Origin: a virus
Taxonomy: Duplodnaviria > Caudoviricetes
Reading direction: 5' to 3' (one strand)
Virus record (IMG/VR): IMGVR_UViG_3300031760_004705
Span: 1 to 64,000 of that record
Length of the DNA stretch: 64,000 bases
Positions 9,943-20,549 of the stretch are shown in pieces (the first letter of the stretch is position 1; every line of letters starts with the position of its first letter). The notes beneath the pieces are model-generated. The model was given only the letters and a program-made list of their open reading frames with translations. It was not told the origin of the DNA and made no database searches. Position numbers and translations under genes: made by a program.

Positions 9943-10032
9943 GGGTAGACAACTAACGGGGAGTTAGGACCGCCTGCTAAGCGGATCGTACTCTGAAAAG
10001 AGTATTGGTGTCGGATACCAGTTGCCCCGCCA
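9942..10032 (+). tRNA. tRNA-Ser(GCT)-like, long variable arm, encoded CCA, non-canonical core
   Basis: GGGGTAG../TTGCCCC-G-CCA acceptor, G73, anticodon arm CCGC-CTGCTAA-GCGG, variable arm TACTCT-GAAA-AGAGTA, T arm TGGT-GTCGGAT-ACCA. Confidence 0.8.
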
Positions 10033-10041
10033 GATTATTTC

Positions 10042-10072
10042 AGCCGTTCTCTTCGGAGAGCGGCTTTTTTAT
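10042..10072 (+). terminator. Intrinsic terminator after the tRNA
   Basis: agccgttctc-ttcg-gagagcggct followed by a T tract. Confidence 0.9.
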
Positions 10073-10101
10073 TTGACAGAAACAAAAATATATGTTATAA
10101 T
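10073..10101 (+). promoter_or_regulatory. sigmaA promoter of the helicase/primase operon
   Basis: TTGACA-N17-TATAAT with TGn extension. Confidence 0.9.
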
Positions 10102-10133
10102 AAATTAATAAAAATATCTATGAAAGGAGTGTA

Positions 10134-10610
10134 ATGGCAAAATTAGCACCTGTTAAATGCCCTTATTGCGGCCAGTCCTTTCAGAGAGAAACTACAGAAT
10201 TTGTTCAGCTTGGCCGCAGATATGCTCATAAAGAATGTGTAGATATGGTAAAACAAATTCATGATTATATGCAACATAAATTGGGAGAAGGATATTCAAA
10301 AACAAAAGTTGAAACTCAAATTAAAAATTTTGTTTCAAAAGAAGGAATGAGTATTGATTCTATATATAAAACATTAATATATTGGTATGATGTTAAAAAA
10401 TCATCAACAGATCAAGCGAATGGTGGTATTGGTATTGTACCATATGTATATAGTGAATATTTAACTTATGCAAAAAATCAATATGAAAATTCTCAAATAA
10501 ATAAAAATAAACATATTGATGATTTTGTAGGAAAGACTCCAACAGAAATAACTGCTAAAGCAACTCCAATTAGAAAACCGCGACATGTCAAGTTTTATGA
10601 ACTTAGATAG
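10134..10610 (+). CDS. Zn-binding protein upstream of DnaB (possible helicase loader/initiator)
   Basis: CPYC...HKEC motif; position directly before the helicase (function is inference). Confidence 0.5.
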   Translation: MAKLAPVKCPYCGQSFQRETTEFVQLGRRYAHKECVDMVKQIHDYMQHKLGEGYSKTKVETQIKNFVSKEGMSIDSIYKTLIYWYDVKKSSTDQANGGIGIVPYVYSEYLTYAKNQYENSQINKNKHIDDFVGKTPTEITAKATPIRKPRHVKFYELR

Positions 10611-10621
10611 GAGGTATACGT

Positions 10622-12133
10622 TTGAATGAACTTAAATATGTAGATACTCCTGCTACAGTTCAAGTGCTTGGATGTATTATTAATAATCTTGATATATTGA
10701 ATGATTCAAGATATGAATTATTTGATGATGATTTTCCAAAAGGGTTTCATAGAACATTATTCTCTGCATTAAGTAATCTTGCGATGCTTGGTACAGAATA
10801 TATTACTCCGCAAACATTAGAAGATTATTTAAGTGATAAACCACAAAGTTATGCAGAGTATAAAGCAGGAGATGGTCCAAGGTTTGTTAAATCATGTATG
10901 GCAAATGCAGATTTTCAAAATTTTGATTATTATTATAATCGAATTAAAAAACTTACATTGATGCAAACATATTGGGATGTAGGATTAGATGTATCTTGGT
11001 TATATGATCCAGACGAATTAGATATATCCAAGAGAGAACAACAGAATAAATATTTTGATAGTTTATCTTTGACTCAAATTGCGGACGCCGTAGATAATCT
11101 AATGCTTAAAGTTAGAGCTGAATATGTAGATCATACTACAGATGAAAGCATGTCAGCTTCCGCAGGTATTGATGAACTATTTGATTCTCTTGGAAAAGAT
11201 CCAGATGTTGGACAACCAATGTATGGTAGTATGATTAATACAATTACACGAGGGATGAGACTTGGAAAATTTTATTTGCGGTCAGCCGCAACTGGTGTAG
11301 GTAAAACAAGAACAATGGTTGCAGATTTTTGTAATTGTGGATGTAATAAAATTTGGAAAGATGGAGAATGGGTAGACAATGGACTTGCATTTCCTTCGTT
11401 CTTTTTAAGTACAGAGCTCGAGCTCGATGAGATACAAACAATGATGGTAGCTTTTCTTGCAAATATTAATGAGGAAAATATTCTTAATAATACGCTTAGT
11501 TTTGAAGAAAGAGAAAGAATAAAAGTTGCAATAGAAATTATTAAAGAATCTCCATTGTATATTGAAGTTATACCAGATTTTAGTCTAAAAGATATTGAAA
11601 ATGCAATTAAAAGAAGTATTAGAATTTATTCTACTCAATACTTTTTTATTGATTATATTCATACTTCAATGAAAATTCTTGAAGAAATTACTAAAAGATC
11701 TGGTGGAGTGAGACTTCGAGAAGATAATATTCTTTTCTTATTAAGTGTAAAATTAAAAGAAATTGCAACAGAATATAATGTATTTATTTTAAGTAGTACG
11801 CAGTTAAATCAAGATTGGAAATCCGCAGATATTCCAGATCAAAATCTTCTTCGTGGTGCAAAGAGTATCGCAGATAAAATTGATACAGGTATGTTATTAT
11901 TAGATGTAACAGAAGAAGATAAAGAAAAATTACAAAGTGTAGTTGGTAACAACGGTATGGGGATGCCGAATGTAAAAATGTCTATTTACAAAAATCGTAG
12001 AGGTTCTTATAATAAATGTTATCTCTGGATGTATGCAGATAAATCTACATGTCGATTTGACGGAGCATTTTGTACAGATTATAATTATGAATTAATTCCA
12101 ATTACAGATACAAGAATCCATATGAGAGTGTAG
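10622..12133 (+). CDS. dnaB: Replicative DnaB-like helicase
   Basis: Walker A SAATGVGKT, STELE, FIDYIH, STQLN, LRGAKSIADKID, YKNRRG. Confidence 0.9.
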   Translation: MNELKYVDTPATVQVLGCIINNLDILNDSRYELFDDDFPKGFHRTLFSALSNLAMLGTEYITPQTLEDYLSDKPQSYAEYKAGDGPRFVKSCMANADFQNFDYYYNRIKKLTLMQTYWDVGLDVSWLYDPDELDISKREQQNKYFDSLSLTQIADAVDNLMLKVRAEYVDHTTDESMSASAGIDELFDSLGKDPDVGQPMYGSMINTITRGMRLGKFYLRSAATGVGKTRTMVADFCNCGCNKIWKDGEWVDNGLAFPSFFLSTELELDEIQTMMVAFLANINEENILNNTLSFEERERIKVAIEIIKESPLYIEVIPDFSLKDIENAIKRSIRIYSTQYFFIDYIHTSMKILEEITKRSGGVRLREDNILFLLSVKLKEIATEYNVFILSSTQLNQDWKSADIPDQNLLRGAKSIADKIDTGMLLLDVTEEDKEKLQSVVGNNGMGMPNVKMSIYKNRRGSYNKCYLWMYADKSTCRFDGAFCTDYNYELIPITDTRIHMRV

Positions 12134-12142
12134 GATAATAAT

Positions 12143-12403
12143 ATGATTGATACAAGATTATGTAAATCAGAAGAAGAATTACTATTAGCGATGCAATATG
12201 AAAAAGATAAAGTATTATTATCCCAACATCGATCTAAGTTATTTAAATTAAAAGCACAATTGCAAAATTTAGATTATTTAATTTTCTATGAACAATCAAC
12301 TATAAATAAGTTAGAAGAAGATATTAATAATTTTAAAAAACAATATGGCTATATGATAGTAAAAGAAGGAGGGGATGTATCATATCTTACGACAAAGAGT
12401 TAG
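12143..12403 (+). CDS. Hypothetical coiled-coil protein (86 aa)
   Basis: Open frame with SD, heptad pattern. Confidence 0.6.
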   Translation: MIDTRLCKSEEELLLAMQYEKDKVLLSQHRSKLFKLKAQLQNLDYLIFYEQSTINKLEEDINNFKKQYGYMIVKEGGDVSYLTTKS

Positions 12404-13455
12404 TTAAAGAACAAATTGAATTAGAAGATGTATATAATTTGTTAGACTTTTTTGATGCAGAACCTCAAATGTTTAATACTTATATTATCGCAAGAACAAT
12501 TTGTCATGGTGGCGATAGCCATAAACTTTATTATTATGAAAACACTCAATTATTTAAATGTTATAGTGATAGTTGTGGTAGTTTTGATATATTTGAATTA
12601 GTTCAAAAAGTAGAAGATATTAAAGATTTAAATGCCGCAGTATTTTATATAGTAAATTTCTTTAATCTTCAATCTAAAATTGATGAAGTAGATGAAGATT
12701 TTGATTTAGATACATCTAAATATATTGCACAAGTTACTAAATTAGCGCAATTAGATGGATATAAAAAAGATAAAGTTATATTACCAGAATTTCCTATGGA
12801 TATGTTAGATCATTATCCGCAACCAGAAATATTAAATTGGACTAGAGAAGGTATATCTCACGAAGTGTGTAATTATATGGGAATTAAATATGATCCTGTA
12901 AATGGAAATATTTTAATTCCTCATTATGATGAAGATAGTAGATTAGTTGGAATTAGACAACGTACATTAGTCCAAGAGCAAGAAATATATGGTAAATATA
13001 GACCCGCGCGAATACAAGGTAAACTTTGTAACCATCCTCTAGCATTTAATCTTTATGGTTTTAATCAAGCACGGCCGCAGATTAAACAAGCTCAATTAGC
13101 GATTATAGTTGAAGGTGAAAAATCAGTTTTGCAATATATGTCATACTTTGGAACAAAGTCAAATATATGTGTAGCTGTATGCGGCAGTTCAATATCTCAA
13201 TATCAATTTCAACTTCTCTTGGATGCAGGGGTTAAAGAAATTGTATTAGGATTTGATAAAGACTTTCAAGAAATGCGTGGAAAAGAATATGACGATGTTG
13301 TTAAAAAAATTGACAACATTTATAATAAATATAAAAATAGAATTACAATTAGTGTATTATTTGATAAATGGAATTTACTAGGATATAAAAATTCACCACT
13401 AGATTGCGGAAAGGAGGCTTTCTTATATCTATGGAGGAACAGAGTTATGTGTTAA
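12379..13455 (+). CDS. dnaG: DNA primase (DnaG-like); start probably non-canonical ATC 12379/ATA 12382 rather than TTG 12439
   Basis: Zn motif ICHG..LYYY..FKCYSDSC, IPHYD..LVGIRQR, TOPRIM IVEGEKS and LGFDKD; frame open back to TAA 12334 with SD GGAGG at 12368-72. Confidence 0.88.
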   Translation: MISYDKELVKEQIELEDVYNLLDFFDAEPQMFNTYIIARTICHGGDSHKLYYYENTQLFKCYSDSCGSFDIFELVQKVEDIKDLNAAVFYIVNFFNLQSKIDEVDEDFDLDTSKYIAQVTKLAQLDGYKKDKVILPEFPMDMLDHYPQPEILNWTREGISHEVCNYMGIKYDPVNGNILIPHYDEDSRLVGIRQRTLVQEQEIYGKYRPARIQGKLCNHPLAFNLYGFNQARPQIKQAQLAIIVEGEKSVLQYMSYFGTKSNICVAVCGSSISQYQFQLLLDAGVKEIVLGFDKDFQEMRGKEYDDVVKKIDNIYNKYKNRITISVLFDKWNLLGYKNSPLDCGKEAFLYLWRNRVMC

Positions 13456-13652
13456 AATATAGAGAGAAACATCCTCGTTGTAGGTATTGTAAATTTAAAA
13501 GGCATGTCTGTCCGCCCGCAGGAAATTGTTGCGGATATAATAAATGTATTCTTAAAGATAGACATTTAACAGAATGAGATTTTATATTTTGGATATGGCA
13601 AGGATGTTTTTGCAAATGGTTTAAACCAAGGGAGGATGACATTGATATATAA
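13449..13652 (+). CDS. Small Cys-rich protein (67 aa, 1 TGA=Trp)
   Basis: GTG start after SD; HPRCRYCKF..CPPAGNCCGYNKC..TE[W]DFIFWIWQGCFCKWF; fills the primase-RecJ gap. Confidence 0.6.
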
Positions 13653-15432
13653 ATTATTTAATGAACCTACTCAAGGAACAATGCGGCAGATTTTATATAA
13701 CCGTGGTATAAAAACTAAAGAAGATCAAGATAAATGGATTAATGCCAATTATTGAACAGATGTAAATTCTCCTTTTGCTTTTGGTGAAGATACTGTTATG
13801 AAAGCTGTTGAATTTATGCGTACTTATGTTATGCTTCATATGCCTATTACAGTAGTTGTAGATGCAGATGCAGATGGTTTTACAAGTGCCGCAATCTTTT
13901 TAAATTATATGTATGATTTATATTCTTATAATCAGAGTAAAGCAGAAACTCTTACTAAATTACATTATATTTTACATAGTGGAAAACAGCATGGACTAGA
14001 AGATGTTATAGATCAACTTTTAGAAGATGATTCAAGTCTTGTCGTAATTCCAGATGCAGGAACCAATGATGTTGAACAAATGCAAAAATTAATTGATGCT
14101 GGAAAAACCATCCTTTGTATGGATCATCACGAATCGGATAATTGGCTTAAACATGACAGATGTGTAATTATTAATAATCAAATTTGTGATTATCCAAATA
14201 AAGATTTATCTGGAGCTGGTGTAACTTGGCGTATTTGTCGAGCATATGATATGGTTATGGGATTAACTGATCTTGAGGGATGGCCTGGTGCTTTACAATA
14301 CGCTGACCTCGCGGCACTTGGTAATCTTTCTGACATGATGGATTATCGTAGTGTAGAAACTAAAGCTATTATTGATATGGGTTTACAAAATATTAAAAAT
14401 CCTTTCTTCTATTATATGTGCGAGAAAAATAAATTTAGTATTGATAAAATGGGCGGAATTAATTATATGTCAATGGCATTTTATGTCACTCCATTTATTA
14501 ATGCAATTGTTCGTTCTGGCACAATGGAGGAAAAAGATTTAGTTTTTAAATCAATGTTAAAATTTTATGCTTTTGATAAGATTGAGAGTGGTAAACGTGG
14601 TCACAAAGGAGAATTGGTACCAAGAGTTGAAGAAGCAGTTAGAATTGCAGCTAACGTCAAAGCTAGACAAACAAAGCTCCAAGATGCTGCAATGGATTTG
14701 CTCGAGCAACGAATTCAATCTGACAGATTGACAGAAAATGGTATTATCATCTGTTGCTGCGAACCCGGAGAAGTGGAAAAGAATCTCGCCGGACTTGTCG
14801 CCAATAAGATTCAAGCGAAATATCAGCACCCATGTCTCGTTCTCACAAGGTCAAAAGGGAAAGATGATAAAGAGTATTATTATAGAGGAAGTGCCAGAAA
14901 TTATTCTATGTCAGAAATAGAAGATATGCGGCAACTCTGTGAAAATACTGGCGATGTAGAATATGCGCAAGGTCACAGTTCTGCGTTTGGTATCTCTATT
15001 CCTGAATCTAAATTAAAAGATTTTATTAAAAAGACAAATGCAATCTATAGTGAAACCGCACAAGAGCCTGTATATTGGGTTGACTTTGAATGGTTTAATA
15101 AAGACATTGATAGTCAAAAAATCTTAACGATTGCTCAAGGAAAAGAATTTTGGGGTCAAGGTTTACCAGAACCTTATATTGCTATACGTGATATTCCATT
15201 AGAATCTGTTCAGCTTTTATCTCCAGATAAGCATCCTACACTCAAGATACACTTATCTAATGGAGTAGATATTATGAAATTTAAATCTTCATATGAAGAA
15301 TATGAGCAGTTTATTAAACCAAATATGTATTTAACTGCGGTTTGTAGATGTGCTAAAAATGAATGAGCTGGGCGTGTAACTGCACAACTTATTATTGAAG
15401 ATTTTTATATTAATGAGAAGTGAGTGTTTTAG
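13642..15432 (+). CDS. recJ: RecJ-like ssDNA exonuclease (DHH/DHHA1), 3 TGA=Trp
   Basis: DADADG, IPDAGT, MDHHES, DLSGAG, GNLSDMM, GSAR, QGHSSAFG; C-terminus KNE[W]AGRVTAQLIIEDF; SD GGAGG 6 nt before TTG 13642. Confidence 0.9.
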
Positions 15433-15435
15433 TAA

Positions 15436-15464
15436 TTGACAGAAGCAAAATAATATGGTATAAT
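15436..15464 (+). promoter_or_regulatory. sigmaA promoter of dnaE
   Basis: TTGACA-N17-TATAAT with TGn extension. Confidence 0.9.
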
Positions 15465-15497
15465 TAATTTAGAAAATTAAGAGAGAAAGAGGTTTAA

Positions 15498-18400
15498 ATG
15501 GCGCGATTTGAGATGCATAGTCATAGTGATATGAGTAATATTCGTCTTATTGATTGCATTAATACAGTTGACTCTCTTGTTGATTATGCCATTGAAATTG
15601 GTCTTGAAGGTATTTGTTTAACTGATCATGAAGCTCTTGGCAATTGGGTTAAACTTGATCAAAAGAGACAACAAGTTCAAAAAGATCATCCAGATTTTAA
15701 GATTGGATATGGAAATGAAATTTATCTTGTGGATGAACGTGGGGCTGATAATATTCACAATAATGGTGGAAAATATTTTCACTTCATCTTAATTGCTAAA
15801 GACCCAATAGGTGCTAAGATGTTGCGGAAACTCTCTTCAAATTCTTGGATGAATAGTTATTTTGATCGTGGTATGGAGAGAGTTCCCACTCTTAAAAGTG
15901 AAGTTGAAGCCTGTATTCGAGAATTTGGTAAAGGTCATCTTATTGCATCTACTGCTTGTCTAGGTAGTGAATTAGATTATTGTATTCTTGAAATGGATAA
16001 GGCTGAAAAGCTAAATAATCTTGAAGGTAAAATAGAATATTATAATAGAATTGTTGATTTTATTGAGTGGTGTGAATATTTCTTTGGTGATGATTTTTAT
16101 CTTGAAGTACAACCTGCTCAGAGTAAAGAGCAATTAATTGTTAATAAACGTATGAAAAGTATTGCAGATTACTTTGGATTAAAAGTTGTTGTAACAACCG
16201 ACGCACATTATCTTCGTAAAGAAGATAGAGAAGTTCATAAAGCTTTTCTTAATTCTAAACAAGGTGATCGAGAAGTTGATAGTTTTTATAGTTATGCGTA
16301 TCTTCAGACAACAGAAGAAGTAATTCAAAATCTTGAAGGAACAGGTTTTGATTATTATATGCTTGAGTTGAATACTCATGAAGTAAAAAATAAGATTCAA
16401 AATTTTGGTTTTGAACATAAGCAACAGGTTCCGCAAGTTCCAGTAAAAGATTATCCTAAAGTAATGTCTAAAATGGGATATAAAACTCTTGATTATCTTT
16501 ATTCAAGTGATAATCCGCAAGAAAGATATTGGGTAAATTATTGTTGCGATAAACTTAGAGAATTAAATCTTTTTAATGATATTTATCTTGCACGACTTGA
16601 AGAAGAAGCTGATATTCAAAAAGTAATTGGAGATAAACTTGGAACTTGCATGTTCGCATATCCAATCTTTTTGCAGCATTATATTGATTCATTCTGGGAA
16701 ATTGGATCTACAGTAGGTGCGGGACGAGGTTCTGCATGTTCTGGATTGAATCATTATCTTCTTGGTATTACTCAGCTTGATCCAATTAAATATAATCTTC
16801 CTTATTGGAGATATAGTAATAAGGAACGTATTGAGCTAGGTGATATTGATATTGATATTTGTCCATCAAAGAGAGAAGAAATTTTTGCTTCAATCCGAGA
16901 AGAAGTTGGACAGCTTGGATGTGTACAGGTTTGTACATACGGCACAGAAACAACACGTTCAGCAATTTCAACTGCTTGTCGTGGTTATCGTTCAAAAGAT
17001 TTTCCTGATGGAATTGATAACGATGTAGCTCAGTATATGACAAGTCTCGCTCCAAGTGAACGAGGATTTGTTTGGCCGGTACATGATTTGGTTTATGGTA
17101 ATGAAGAGAAAGATCGTAAGCCAGTTAAAAATTTCTTGGCAGAGGTTAGAAAATATCCAGGACTTCTTGAAATTATTGAGAAGATTGAAGGATTGATTAA
17201 TCATAGAGGTATTCATGCAAGTGGCGTAAACTTTTACATGGATGATCCTTTTGATAGTGCTTGTTTTATGAAAGCGACAAGTGGAGCAATTGTAACTCAA
17301 TTTTCTCTTCATGATGCAGAGTATTGCGGCGACGTTAAATTTGATTTTCTTGTTACAGAAATTCAAGATGTAATTGTTCAATGTCTTAATATGTTAAGTG
17401 AATATAATGAAGTTGATCAACATTTGACTCTGCGACAATTATATGATAAATATCTTCATCCAGATGTTCTTCCAATAGAAGATAACAAGATATGGGATAC
17501 TCTTGCAGAAGGTAAAGTATTAAAACTTTTTCAGTTTGATAGTCAAGTTGGAAGTCAAACTGTAAAGATGTTGCGGCCAAGGTCACCACGTGAAATGGCA
17601 AACTGTAATTCTGTAATGAGATTGATGGCTGCGGAAAAGGGTGGAGAAACTCCAACTGAGAGATATAAAAGAATGAAAGATAATATGTCTCAGTGGTATG
17701 ATGAAATGCGACGATGGAGGATTTCTTCATCAGATCAAAAGATTCTTGAAAAGTATTATCTTGAAACATATGCGACGCCCGCACAGCAAGAAGATATGAT
17801 GATGATTTTGATGGATGAAGATATTTGTAATTTTAGTCTTAAAGAAGCTAATGATGCCCGCAAGATTTGTGCAAAGAAACAAATGAATCGTATTGAAGAG
17901 TTGCATGAATTGGTTTTATCAAAAGCAACTTCAAGACAGCTTGGTGAATATGTTTGGGAAACTGCAATTAAGCCGCAAATGGGATACAGTTTTAGTCTTA
18001 TTCATAGTTTGGCATATAGTTTTGTAGGACTTCAAACAATTTATCTTGCAACATATTTTGATCCTGTCTATTGGAATACTGCATGTCTTAGAGTAGATGC
18101 AGGACTTGATGAAGATGCAAGTAGTAATTATGGTAAAATTGCAAAGGCAGTAGGTAATATTATTCATCGTGGTATTCCAATGTCATTAATTGATATTAAT
18201 AAGTCTGGATATATGTTTGAGCCAGATGTAGAAACTGGTAGTATTGTATATGGACTTAAAGGATTAAATGGTGTTGGTGGAGAGATTATTCAAGAAATTA
18301 TTGAAAATCGCCCATATGAAGGATTAGTTGATTTCCAAGAGAAAGTTAAAGTTAAAAAGCCAGTTTTGATTTCATTAATTAAGAGTGGTGCATTTGATAA

Positions 18401-19340
18401 ATTTGGAAATCGAGAAGATATAATGCGGGAATACGTTTGGTCAATTTGTGAACCAAAAAAGAGAATTACATTACAAAACTTCAATGGATTAATGGAAAGA
18501 AATCTTATTCCTGCAGAATTAACATTTGAAAAAAGATTATTCGTATTTAATAAGGCTCTTAGAAAATATTGTAGAGTTAATGATTATCTTTTGGTAAATG
18601 ATAACTTCTATGATTTTTATGAAGAGTTTTTCGATGTAGATTTGCTTGAACCTTTTGAAGAAGGATTAGCAATCAAAGAAACAACATGGAAAAAAATATA
18701 TACAAAAGGTATGGATAAAGCTCGTAATTATTTTAGAGAACATCAAGATGAATTGCTAAATCAGCTTAATCAAACTTTATTTAATGAAGTTTGGAATAAA
18801 TATGCGGCTGGTACATTAGCTACATGGGAAATGGATAGTCTAGGATTTTATTATCATGATCATCCATTGAAAAATCTTGATAAGTTAAGTTATAATGTAA
18901 TTCCATACAATCAACAACCGGATACTCCGCCAGTTGAAAGAACTTTTAAACGTAATGGTATTGATATTCCATTGTTTAAAACTTGTAGAATTGTGGGCGC
19001 GGTTGTTGCAAAAGAAGATAATAAATCTTGTATTAGTATTCTAACTCCTGAAAGTGGAGTAGTTACAGTTAAAATGAGTAGAGATTATTATGCAAGATTA
19101 AATCGACAAATGAGTCAAGTTCAACCAGATGGTACTAAAAAAGTAATGGAAAAAGGTTGGTTTACTCGTGGAACATTAGTAATGGTGAACGGATTTAAAC
19201 GTTCTGGAATGTTCTTCACAAAGTCATATCGTCATACGAAATCTCATCAGTGTTATCGTATCTTGACGGGAGTAAAAAATAATGGTAAAATAGATATGAC
19301 AGCATGGAGATGGGGAGAAGAAGGTGACGATGAAAACTAA
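15498..19340 (+). CDS. dnaE: DNA polymerase III alpha subunit (family C, PHP domain)
   Basis: PHP HSHSD/TDH/TDAHY, GAGRGSA, DIDID, GIHASG, KFDFL, GYSFSLIHS; about 19 Trp, all TGG. Confidence 0.95.
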   Translation: MARFEMHSHSDMSNIRLIDCINTVDSLVDYAIEIGLEGICLTDHEALGNWVKLDQKRQQVQKDHPDFKIGYGNEIYLVDERGADNIHNNGGKYFHFILIAKDPIGAKMLRKLSSNSWMNSYFDRGMERVPTLKSEVEACIREFGKGHLIASTACLGSELDYCILEMDKAEKLNNLEGKIEYYNRIVDFIEWCEYFFGDDFYLEVQPAQSKEQLIVNKRMKSIADYFGLKVVVTTDAHYLRKEDREVHKAFLNSKQGDREVDSFYSYAYLQTTEEVIQNLEGTGFDYYMLELNTHEVKNKIQNFGFEHKQQVPQVPVKDYPKVMSKMGYKTLDYLYSSDNPQERYWVNYCCDKLRELNLFNDIYLARLEEEADIQKVIGDKLGTCMFAYPIFLQHYIDSFWEIGSTVGAGRGSACSGLNHYLLGITQLDPIKYNLPYWRYSNKERIELGDIDIDICPSKREEIFASIREEVGQLGCVQVCTYGTETTRSAISTACRGYRSKDFPDGIDNDVAQYMTSLAPSERGFVWPVHDLVYGNEEKDRKPVKNFLAEVRKYPGLLEIIEKIEGLINHRGIHASGVNFYMDDPFDSACFMKATSGAIVTQFSLHDAEYCGDVKFDFLVTEIQDVIVQCLNMLSEYNEVDQHLTLRQLYDKYLHPDVLPIEDNKIWDTLAEGKVLKLFQFDSQVGSQTVKMLRPRSPREMANCNSVMRLMAAEKGGETPTERYKRMKDNMSQWYDEMRRWRISSSDQKILEKYYLETYATPAQQEDMMMILMDEDICNFSLKEANDARKICAKKQMNRIEELHELVLSKATSRQLGEYVWETAIKPQMGYSFSLIHSLAYSFVGLQTIYLATYFDPVYWNTACLRVDAGLDEDASSNYGKIAKAVGNIIHRGIPMSLIDINKSGYMFEPDVETGSIVYGLKGLNGVGGEIIQEIIENRPYEGLVDFQEKVKVKKPVLISLIKSGAFDKFGNREDIMREYVWSICEPKKRITLQNFNGLMERNLIPAELTFEKRLFVFNKALRKYCRVNDYLLVNDNFYDFYEEFFDVDLLEPFEEGLAIKETTWKKIYTKGMDKARNYFREHQDELLNQLNQTLFNEVWNKYAAGTLATWEMDSLGFYYHDHPLKNLDKLSYNVIPYNQQPDTPPVERTFKRNGIDIPLFKTCRIVGAVVAKEDNKSCISILTPESGVVTVKMSRDYYARLNRQMSQVQPDGTKKVMEKGWFTRGTLVMVNGFKRSGMFFTKSYRHTKSHQCYRILTGVKNNGKIDMTAWRWGEEGDDEN

Positions 19341-19683
19341 ATATTATGTAGGAGATCCTATGATTCCTTGGTGGGTTGAAAAATTGGCCCACCAAGGGCT
19401 TATTAAAGCTGTTAGAGAATCTGCCGCAATTACTTTCTTTATGGTTTATAAAGATAGCTTTGATGATACCGACGATCATTATCTTTATGATGGAGATTAT
19501 ATTGAATTAGATGAAGAAACTGGAGCTGTTACAATTGGTCACGCAGATTGGGAAAAAGCTCTTGCAGAAGATTTTCAAAAAGTAAATTGGGATAAATTTG
19601 TAAGTTCTTTAAGAAAGACAGTCAAAGATAAAGAACGGAAGGAAGAAAATGAAACCAATTATTATAGCAATTACTGGGCCTAG
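19330..19683 (+). CDS. Hypothetical protein
   Basis: Open frame overlapping the dnaE stop, SD AAGGTG. Confidence 0.6.
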   Translation: MKTKYYVGDPMIPWWVEKLAHQGLIKAVRESAAITFFMVYKDSFDDTDDHYLYDGDYIELDEETGAVTIGHADWEKALAEDFQKVNWDKFVSSLRKTVKDKERKEENETNYYSNYWA

Positions 19684-20239
19684 TTGCGCGGGTAAAGATA
19701 CTTTAATGCGGCAGTTATATTGAGAATTTTCCAAAGACTATGAAAAATTAGTTAATTATCCAGATGTATATTATATAGTTAGTTCAACTACTCGGCCGCC
19801 AAGAAAAAATGAAATCAATGATAGGGATTATCATTTTATCACTAACAAAGAATTTCTACATAAGATTATTAATAATGAAATGTTAGAATGGGCTCCTTTT
19901 CATAATTGGAAATATGGAACAGAAAAAAGATCAATTAGTGATAAACCTAAAGCAATTAATATTGGAGTTTTTAATCTCCAAGGAATTGATAGTTTAAATA
20001 ATCAAACTGATTTTAGAATTATTCCAATCTATCTTCAAGTTCCTTGGAAAGAAAGATTGCGGCGATCTATTAAACGTGAGGGACATTTAACTTTTGAAAT
20101 GATTCGTCGCTTGTTCACTGATTATAAAGATTTTAAAAACCCATGGGAAATTTTAAATAAGAGTGGTAATCTTTTAACTTATTCTGGAGATTATAATATA
20201 GATGATGTCATGCGCGATGTTCTGGGCAAAATTAAATAA
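19649..20239 (+). CDS. gmk: Guanylate kinase-like NMP kinase (196 aa, 1 TGA=Trp)
   Basis: P-loop GPSCAGKDT, STTRPPRKNEINDRDYHF, MLEW..WKYGT; ATG 19649 is in frame with track ORF 19880 through one TGA. Confidence 0.85.
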
Positions 20240-20306
20240 TATATATAAATAAAAATACATTTAATAAGTAAGGAAAAATCATTCGATATAAAATGATAGG
20301 AGATTT

Positions 20307-20540
20307 ATGTTAATATTATTTTCTACTGGTTGCCCTAAATGTCGAGTGTTAGAGCAAAAATTAAATAAACAAAATATTGCTTTTGAAATTTGTGATGATA
20401 TGCAAGAAGTAATAGATAAAGGTTTTATGTCTGCACCAATTCTTAAACTTGGAGACGATTATATGGATTTTGTAACAGCTGTTACTTGGTTAAATGAAGA
20501 AGCTGCTATGAAATCTGACTGTGATAGTTGCCAAATTTAA
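20307..20540 (+). CDS. nrdH: NrdH/glutaredoxin-like redoxin with an extra C-terminal CDSC tail
   Basis: STGCPKC, MSAPIL; first gene of the RNR cluster. Confidence 0.8.
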   Translation: MLILFSTGCPKCRVLEQKLNKQNIAFEICDDMQEVIDKGFMSAPILKLGDDYMDFVTAVTWLNEEAAMKSDCDSCQI

Positions 20541-20549
20541 GGAGTATAT

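Noticed and set aside
9965-9990. Amber (CTA) suppressor reading of the tRNA
   Set aside because: The 7-nt loop CTGCTAA centres GCT after U33, and TAG is used as a true stop
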